From IMG/VR virus record IMGVR_UViG_3300005308_000021: a DNA stretch of 6,352 bases; one strand, given 5' to 3'. This document shows, piece by piece, positions 1 through 4,655 of the stretch. This DNA comes from a virus. A model generated the notes under the pieces. The model worked only from the letters and a program-made list of their open reading frames with translations, was not told the DNA's origin and ran no database searches. The stretch's first letter is position 1, and each line of letters starts with the position of its first letter. A program made the translations under genes and the position numbers.

Positions 1-84
1 ACTGACCGAAAGAAAAACGTTGGCATGAAAGACGTAGTTAAAGACGTCTGGAATAACGGCTTCAAATTTCGTGGTGCCAAATAA
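1..84 (+). CDS. 3' end of the pilot-protein gene (last 27 codons plus TAA); duplicate of 5508..5591
   Basis: In-frame translation TDRKKNVGMKDVVKDVWNNGFKFRGAK* is identical to the C-terminus of the 4656..5591 product. Confidence 0.9.
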   Translation, partial: TDRKKNVGMKDVVKDVWNNGFKFRGAK

Positions 85-158
85 TGAAATGTCGTCGCTG
101 TAAAAAACGCGCTGTTAAAATCCGAAAAATTTTTCGGAAATTCAAAGGAAAAAAGTAA
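84..158 (+). CDS. 24-aa highly basic micro-protein MKCRRCKKRAVKIRKIFRKFKGKK; candidate DNA-binding/packaging protein (phiX174 J / gokushovirus VP8 analogue)
   Basis: Translated by hand; it is too short for the supplied ORF track. 14 of 24 residues are K/R and none are acidic. Its ATG overlaps the pilot-gene stop (TAATG at 82..86). Its TAA overlaps the capsid-gene ATG (TAATG at 156..160). It sits immediately upstream of the capsid gene, the position of J in phiX174. Confidence 0.6.
   Translation: MKCRRCKKRAVKIRKIFRKFKGKK
121..138. repeat. Perfect 18-nt palindrome TCCGAAAAATTTTTCGGA
   Basis: Read directly: the two halves 121..129 and 130..138 are exact reverse complements. It lies inside the 24-aa ORF, 20 nt upstream of the capsid ATG. 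A second copy lies at 5628..5645. Confidence 0.8.
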
Positions 159-1792
159 TGTCCTTGACTAACGCCAAGATGAACACGAACCCAATTTATA
201 CCCCTCAAACTATACGCCGTCAGACGGCGCGAGGTATTACCTCGATTGATGCGGGTAAGATGGTTCCTATCGCTGCATATCCTTTGTTGCGCGAAGAAAG
301 CATTGTTTCCGGCCGTGTACGTTTCAACTTTGAAATGATGGAAACGGCGGAAATGCTTATGAATGCCATTAACGTTCGCGTTATGGCTTATTTGGTCCCT
401 ACACTCGCATTTGAACGCTTCAGCGGTTCTATGGACCAATTGAACCGCTCGTATTCTGGTGAAAGCTTTAAAGGCTTGCCAGTAGTGCCTTATATCGAGA
501 CCCATCCAATGGGTGCGCACGGCTCTAATGCCGTTTATAAGTCAATTGGTCTTCATGCGCGGCCTGACCAACAGGTCAATACTGCCTACCTTGAGGCTTA
601 CAATTGTATTTGGAATTTCCGCGCTAAAAATCGTTCTGGCGATTTACAACTCCGCGAACGCTTAGACCCGACCCTAGCTCCTGCCTTCTGGCAACATGAG
701 CGCTTCAAGCATATCGTGCCTGATTTTGACCAAGCTATTATTGACGGTGAAGTTCGTTTGAACGTCCCGGAAGGACGGCTTCCTGTTGTCTTTGACAAAA
801 AGCCGGCTAATCCGGGTTTCCGTATGGTCAATTCGACTGATGGTAATCCGGTTACTGGCCCTTCGAAGCCTATGGGCGTAGATAACTTAGGATTTGTTTA
901 CAAAGACGGTGGCCCCGGCGCTGTATCGTTTGATCCTAACGGCCATCTTTGGGCCGAAATGCGCGAAATGGGTATTACTGTGTCGCTCTCGAATATCGAG
1001 CTTGCTCGAAAGACGCAGGCTTTTGCCAAGCTTCGGGAGCAGTATCACGGCCATGATGATGAATATATCATCAATCTTTTGATGGATGGTATCACCATTC
1101 CTGAGAAGGCGTTTACCCAGCCCATTTTGATTGGTGAGCGAAACACTGTTTTCGGCATGGCGAAACGTTTCGCGTCTGATGGTGCCAACCTTACTCAAAG
1201 CGTGGTGAACGGTGCAACGTTTGTTGATATGTCTTTGCAACTTCCGCGCATTCCTACGGGTGGCGTTATTATGGTCGTGGTTGAGATTACCCCGGACCAG
1301 ATTTTTGAACGCCAGCGCGACCCGTATTTTCATATGCAAAGCACTGACCAATTCCCGCAATATCTGCGCGATACTTTGGACCCTGAAAAGGTGTCTGTCG
1401 TTCCTAATGAGTATGTTGATGTTGATCATAATAAGCCGAATGCTACCTTCGGTTATGGTCCTCTTAATTACGAATGGATGCGTGACGCGCCGCTAGTCGG
1501 CGGGAAATTCTACCGTCCTAAAGTTGACGCTGGCTTTAATGAAGATCGTCAGCGTATTTGGGCTTCTGAAACTAAAAATCCTACTTTGTCGGAAAATTTC
1601 TATATTTGTACCGACATTCATAAGAAGCCCTTTGTCGTTACCAACAAGGACCCGTTCGAGGTCACAAGTACGGGTGAAATGCTTATCCGTGGTAACACTG
1701 TGTTCGGGCCTGCTCTGCATGAGGCAACGAACGATTATGACAAGGTGCTTGCTAAGGCTCCTATGGACCGCATTGTAAAGGAACAAAAGTAA
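158..1792 (+). CDS. VP1: Microviridae major capsid protein (F / VP1 family), 544 aa
   Basis: The size is typical of VP1. The N-terminal block RGITSIDAGKMVPIAAYPLLREESI parallels the conserved gokushovirus block ..TTFDAGYLIPI..DEVLPGD.., followed by ..AYLVPT.. (compare ..FFVPLR..). An AGGA Shine-Dalgarno lies at 146..149, 8 nt before the ATG. It is the longest ORF in the genome. Confidence 0.92.
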   Translation: MSLTNAKMNTNPIYTPQTIRRQTARGITSIDAGKMVPIAAYPLLREESIVSGRVRFNFEMMETAEMLMNAINVRVMAYLVPTLAFERFSGSMDQLNRSYSGESFKGLPVVPYIETHPMGAHGSNAVYKSIGLHARPDQQVNTAYLEAYNCIWNFRAKNRSGDLQLRERLDPTLAPAFWQHERFKHIVPDFDQAIIDGEVRLNVPEGRLPVVFDKKPANPGFRMVNSTDGNPVTGPSKPMGVDNLGFVYKDGGPGAVSFDPNGHLWAEMREMGITVSLSNIELARKTQAFAKLREQYHGHDDEYIINLLMDGITIPEKAFTQPILIGERNTVFGMAKRFASDGANLTQSVVNGATFVDMSLQLPRIPTGGVIMVVVEITPDQIFERQRDPYFHMQSTDQFPQYLRDTLDPEKVSVVPNEYVDVDHNKPNATFGYGPLNYEWMRDAPLVGGKFYRPKVDAGFNEDRQRIWASETKNPTLSENFYICTDIHKKPFVVTNKDPFEVTSTGEMLIRGNTVFGPALHEATNDYDKVLAKAPMDRIVKEQK

Positions 1793-1793
1793 C

Positions 1794-2324
1794 ATGGTTA
1801 TCGCGATTGGTGATTTGGATCGTTGGGTTAATTTGACTCCTAGCTCCACCTTGAAATTGGTGGGCGACGATCCTCGAAAAATCCGCCTTGATGTAAATGC
1901 TCAAGAAAAGGCTCGTCTTTTCTTGACTGATGCCGCGGGCGAAATTCGCTTCCTGTGTACCGTTACTGGTCGGGATCGTGTTGAGTTTTCCATTGGTGGA
2001 GATATTGGAATCTCGACGCCAGATGATGGCGTCTTTATCTCCACCCCTGAACTGGATGAAACTCATTTTGAGTACGAGGGCGAGGAAATTTATACGCGCA
2101 TAGCTCAACGCGCTGCGCGTAACTACGACCTCGAGTTACTCATGGCAAAACAGGCGGAAAACTTTGAAAGACGAATGTATCAAATGGCAGGCGATATTGA
2201 GCGACGAGCCATTGAGCGATACGAGGTCGAAAGGGTCCTTAGCTCGCCAAGCCCTGCTCAAACTCCACCAGTCCAATCCGAACTACCAGAGGACGAAGGC
2301 GCACCCGCTGGAAGCCCTTCTTAG
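1794..2324 (+). CDS. Hypothetical acidic protein, 176 aa; candidate scaffolding (VP3-like) or capsid-associated protein
   Basis: The ATG lies 1 nt after the capsid TAA, and an AAGGA lies at 1778..1782. There are roughly 38 D/E versus roughly 20 K/R by hand count. The N-terminal half looks beta-rich, the middle is a charged helical segment (ERRMYQMAGDIERRAIERYEVER), and the tail is P/S/E-rich. I recognise no family motif. Confidence 0.7.
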   Translation: MVIAIGDLDRWVNLTPSSTLKLVGDDPRKIRLDVNAQEKARLFLTDAAGEIRFLCTVTGRDRVEFSIGGDIGISTPDDGVFISTPELDETHFEYEGEEIYTRIAQRAARNYDLELLMAKQAENFERRMYQMAGDIERRAIERYEVERVLSSPSPAQTPPVQSELPEDEGAPAGSPS

Positions 2325-2325
2325 G

Positions 2326-2853
2326 ATGGAGCCGGGGACTCCTGAACCCGTCCAGGTGGTCGATTATTCGACCGCCATGCGCTCCATGATTGATAGAGCG
2401 TATCTTGATAGCCGTAAGTACGGCGATCAACAAAGGCGCGCCGATAGGATCGGCGCGCACCCCGATATTCTGGAATTTGAGAAACGATTGGTTACTCGTT
2501 TTCGGAAGCAATTAATTCCGCTATTCGCGTTATGCGTTAATCGGGGAGAACATGACCAAAACCAAGCCTATGTTCAAGGCCATAGCAAAGCTAAGTGGGG
2601 CGAGAGCGCCCACAACTACGGTATGGCCGTTGACGTCATTCATTGCGTCAAGGCTTATAATTTAGAGCGTAAGGCTTGGGATTTGATCGGTCATTACGGA
2701 AAGGAAATTTCCGTTCAAGCTGGTATTCCCATAGTATGGGGTGGGGATTGGAAGTTTTACGACCCCGCCCACTGGGAATTGGCTAATTGGAAACAATTAG
2801 TCGGGGACCAGCTACTTAGCTCTGCTAGAAAGGGAACGCTCAACTTAGGTTGA
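2326..2853 (+). CDS. Peptidoglycan peptidase of the M15 / LAS zinc-metallopeptidase family (endolysin-type), 175 aa from the first ATG
   Basis: SAHNYGMAVD at 2605..2634 is an exact SxHxxGxAxD signature (Zn ligands H and D). DPAHWE at 2761..2778 supplies the distal His. The upstream context GEHDQNQAYVQGHSK resembles the R..eQ..l..qG.S block of this family. The track start at 2164 is a TTG. The first ATG in frame is 2326, 1 nt after the TAG of the preceding gene (TAGGATG). Confidence 0.87.
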   Translation: MEPGTPEPVQVVDYSTAMRSMIDRAYLDSRKYGDQQRRADRIGAHPDILEFEKRLVTRFRKQLIPLFALCVNRGEHDQNQAYVQGHSKAKWGESAHNYGMAVDVIHCVKAYNLERKAWDLIGHYGKEISVQAGIPIVWGGDWKFYDPAHWELANWKQLVGDQLLSSARKGTLNLG

Positions 2854-2861
2854 GTGTTTCC

Positions 2862-2898
2862 GCATGCGCCTTTTTTACTTGGAAAAAACGGCGCATGC
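2862..2898. repeat. Long hairpin / inverted repeat in the intergenic region upstream of rep
   Basis: GCATGCGCC (2862..2870) pairs with GGCGCATGC (2890..2898). T6 (2871..2876) pairs with A6 (2883..2888). C2889 forms a single bulge and the 6-nt loop is ACTTGG (2877..2882). That gives 15 bp in total. Each arm carries a GCATGC palindrome. Confidence 0.85.
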
Positions 2899-2960
2899 AT
2901 ATGTCAATTACTTGTGTAAATATGCATTTAGTGACAGGGATTTTTGCAGAAAGGGAAGCT

Positions 2961-3938
2961 ATGTGTATTAATGCTGGAGAACTGCCGGACGGAACAAAAA
3001 TACCCTGTCGCGAATGCTGGCAATGCAGGGAAAGAAAAGTTGATGATTGGGTCGGTCGCTGCATTGCTGAAAGCAAAACTTCAAAAGATGCGCATTTCAT
3101 CACGTTAACCTATGGTCGTGATGAGAATAACGAAAGTGATCACTTGCGATCTGCTGTTTTGACTTACTCTGATGTGCAAAAATACTTTAAGTTATTGAGA
3201 TTTCGGGGTTACAAATTTAGGTATCTAGTAGTCGGTGAGTACGGCTCTATGAAGGGCCGCTCACATTGGCATTTAATAATGTACTGGAAGAATAAAGTAC
3301 CGCCTCATGAGTTGAGCGTAGCGGGAAACGATATAAGATTTAATAACGATAGTTGGCCATCTGGTTTTCAACAGTGGCAAAAAGTTACCCCCGAAACGGT
3401 TCGATATATTTGTAAGTATATAAATAAGGATATAGGGAAAGATGAAAGACAAGCTCATATGTCCATGAGTAAGAAACCTCCTTTGGGGTTTGATTACTTT
3501 AATGACTTAGCTATGCGATATGTTGAGCAAGGTTTGGCTCCACAAACATTTGAATATTCTTTCCCTGAGTATAAGAAGGGCGGAAAAAAGAAAGTGTTCT
3601 ATATGGCAGGCACAACTGCCAAGAATTTTATATCTCAATATTTATCTTTGTGGTCTGCCCACAAAGATGGGCACGCGCCTTACTCGCCTATAGTCGAGAA
3701 ATATGAAGATGCGTTAGCTAGAGGCTTAACAATTCAACCAAGGGATACTTTTTATAAGTATCTTAGAACACCTAACGGTTCGCCCGTTAAACAAGCCAAG
3801 GACCCGGAAACGGGTTACATGGGCTTGTACTATGTCGATGATTTCGATTATTGGAATTGGTATCGTTACGATGACGAGCGGAGTGAGTACCAATGGCAAA
3901 GAGAAACAATAACTCAAAAAATGGAACGGTGTCCGTAA
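2961..3938 (+). CDS. VP4: Rolling-circle replication initiator, HUH endonuclease (Microviridae VP4 / phiX174 gpA family), 325 aa
   Basis: Motif I is HFITLTYG (FITLTY at 3096..3113). Motif II is the HUH motif SHWHLIMY (His codons at 3264 and 3270). Motif III is YICKYINK with two Tyr (from 3405; compare phiX174 gpA YVAKYVNK). The N-terminus MCINAG..PCRECWQCR matches the usual VP4 MC...PCGxCxxCR start. An AAGGGAAG Shine-Dalgarno lies at 2951..2958. The track start at 2850 is a TTG that reads through the hairpin, so I prefer the ATG at 2961. Confidence 0.92.
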   Translation: MCINAGELPDGTKIPCRECWQCRERKVDDWVGRCIAESKTSKDAHFITLTYGRDENNESDHLRSAVLTYSDVQKYFKLLRFRGYKFRYLVVGEYGSMKGRSHWHLIMYWKNKVPPHELSVAGNDIRFNNDSWPSGFQQWQKVTPETVRYICKYINKDIGKDERQAHMSMSKKPPLGFDYFNDLAMRYVEQGLAPQTFEYSFPEYKKGGKKKVFYMAGTTAKNFISQYLSLWSAHKDGHAPYSPIVEKYEDALARGLTIQPRDTFYKYLRTPNGSPVKQAKDPETGYMGLYYVDDFDYWNWYRYDDERSEYQWQRETITQKMERCP

Positions 3939-4351
3939 GTGCACCTTCCTCAAAAGCCCATGAGACGCAAGTTTCAAGGGCTGAATATAGCAACATAAGG
4001 CGCGATCCTACGCGCCTCGATGAACCCAGGACGGTTACGGCCTTAGTTAGGGTTCCACGTGATCCGTTTACCGGTCCAAGATTGCGTAATGTGCGCATCA
4101 GAAAAAATAGTGAAGCTGTCGAAGTACAGTCTTCACATAACTCTATGCACCAAAAGCATTTGGCTTTGAGGCAAGGAGCGCAAGCGAACGATTCTAATGA
4201 AAAAACAAGGTCTGTATCTAATTTAAAACTGTCGCCCGATAGGTCACATTCCACTGTGCGCGAAACAGTCTGTAAGAAACGACCTGAAAATAATAAGCCT
4301 AAAAAGCATGCTCGAAGCGGTTCTAAACGCTTTATACCTTGGTGCCGGTAG
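3893..4351 (+). CDS. Hypothetical strongly basic, probably disordered protein, 152 aa; overlaps the rep 3' end by 46 nt
   Basis: The ATG is preceded by GGAG at about 9-nt spacing (cGGAGtgagtaccaATG). There are roughly 33 K/R versus roughly 13 D/E by hand count. The C-terminus is a basic cluster, CKKRPENNKPKKHARSGSKRFIPWCR. The ORF fills what would otherwise be a 413-nt gap in a compact genome. An antisense ORF of similar length (3787..4254) also exists, so coding status is not certain. Confidence 0.55.
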   Translation: MAKRNNNSKNGTVSVSAPSSKAHETQVSRAEYSNIRRDPTRLDEPRTVTALVRVPRDPFTGPRLRNVRIRKNSEAVEVQSSHNSMHQKHLALRQGAQANDSNEKTRSVSNLKLSPDRSHSTVRETVCKKRPENNKPKKHARSGSKRFIPWCR

Positions 4352-4399
4352 GGCTTAGAGCGCGTAAATCAAATAACGCTGTAGCGAATAAGCCCTACC
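4347..4399. repeat. Hairpin with a perfect 11-bp stem spanning the stop codon of the 152-aa ORF
   Basis: GGTAGGGCTTA (4347..4357) is the exact reverse complement of TAAGCCCTACC (4389..4399). The loop is 31 nt and has minor internal AGCG/CGCT complementarity. Confidence 0.8.
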
Positions 4400-4402
4400 T
4401 AT

Positions 4403-4441
4403 TGACAGTCATCGCAAATCACTTCATTGCGATGACTGTCA
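4403..4441. repeat. Perfect 15-bp stem hairpin with a 9-nt loop
   Basis: TGACAGTCATCGCAA (4403..4417) is the exact reverse complement of TTGCGATGACTGTCA (4427..4441). The loop is ATCACTTCA (4418..4426). Confidence 0.9.
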
Positions 4442-4463
4442 CTAAACGCAAAAAGGGCTTAAG

Positions 4464-4655
4464 GTGCAAAATTCACTTATACAAAGGGCGGTAACGCCTA
4501 TTATAGAGCGATTGGGAACATCGCTTGCGGTTTATCTAGTGGTTACGCTCGGTGCCGAGGCGTCACTAGCTCGTGATATTGGCACTGGTTTGGTTGCGGC
4601 CTGTTTAGTACTCACTGATTTCGCTGTTTCTAAGTTTATTAGAAAGGGTGCGTAA
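4464..4655 (+). CDS. Small membrane protein with two predicted TMDs, 63 aa; candidate holin-like protein
   Basis: A GTG start is preceded by AGGG (4454..4457) at 6-nt spacing. Hydrophobic segments are LGTSLAVYLVVTLGA and IGTGLVAACLVLTDFAV, separated by a short charged loop (EASLARD). The C-terminus is basic (SKFIRKGA). The stop abuts the pilot-gene ATG (TAAATG at 4653..4658). Confidence 0.6.
   Translation: MQNSLIQRAVTPIIERLGTSLAVYLVVTLGAEASLARDIGTGLVAACLVLTDFAVSKFIRKGA

Larger units (their letters stand above)
1..845. repeat. Terminal overrun, copy A (same sequence as 5508..6352); marks a circular genome of 5,507 nt
   Basis: The ORF-track pairs 62..520/5569..6027 and 598..831/6105..6338 encode identical proteins at a constant offset of 5507. 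Spot checks at both ends of the block agree (position 794 matches 6301). The block starts and ends inside genes. Confidence 0.95.

Noticed and set aside
27-48. Short direct repeat AAAGACGT..AAAGACGT (also able to form a 6-bp hairpin, AGACGT/ACGTCT) at the end of the pilot gene
   Set aside because: It encodes a KDV-V-KDV peptide repeat. It is too short and weak to argue for function beyond coding.
1-845. The 845-nt direct terminal repeat read as a biological element (LTR, IS ends, or prophage attL/attR duplication)
   Set aside because: The repeat boundaries fall inside the pilot and capsid genes. The pilot ORF reads continuously across 5507/5508. There is no flanking non-phage sequence, integrase or transposase. 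This is what linearising a circular contig with overrun produces.
894-1778. Alternative-frame + strand ORFs inside the capsid gene (894..1082, 1212..1496, 1524..1778) with hydrophobic stretches
   Set aside because: I saw no Shine-Dalgarno or coupling signals. Hydrophobic, Leu/Phe/Cys-rich products are what off-frame translation typically gives. I have no comparative evidence. They rank as weaker candidates than the 4900..5229 ORF and far weaker than the stand-alone 63-aa gene.
2164-2325. N-terminal extension of the M15 peptidase ORF to 2164, as shown in the ORF track (229 aa)
   Set aside because: Position 2164 is a TTG, and the extension overlaps the preceding gene by 161 nt. The first ATG in frame (2326) lies 1 nt after that gene's stop and still leaves the whole catalytic domain. 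The extension cannot be fully excluded without comparative data.
2841-2846. CAACTT just upstream of the first hairpin, matching the first 6 nt of the phiX174 origin core CAACTTGATATT
   Set aside because: Only a 6-nt match; a given hexamer is expected by chance about three times across both strands of a window this size, and the downstream AT-rich part of the phiX174 origin is absent.
2850-2960. N-terminal extension of rep to 2850 (TTG) or to the ATGs at 2895, 2901 or 2922
   Set aside because: These starts lie in, or read through, the 15-bp hairpin and lack a Shine-Dalgarno. The ATG at 2961 has AAGGGAAG upstream and gives the MC... N-terminus typical of microvirus VP4 proteins.
4402-4407. Perfect TTGACA hexamer as a sigma-70 -35 box for the structural operon
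   Set aside because: There is no acceptable -10 hexamer at 16-18 nt spacing (only CATTGC/TCATTG). The hexamer is also simply part of the 5' arm of the 15-bp hairpin. I could not call a convincing promoter in either intergenic region by eye.
2862-4441. The large hairpins (2862..2898 and 4403..4441) as classical rho-independent terminators
   Set aside because: Neither stem is followed by a U/T tract. In the first hairpin the T6 run is part of the stem, and the second is followed by CTAAACGCAAAAAG. Termination or attenuation is still possible but is not supported by canonical features.
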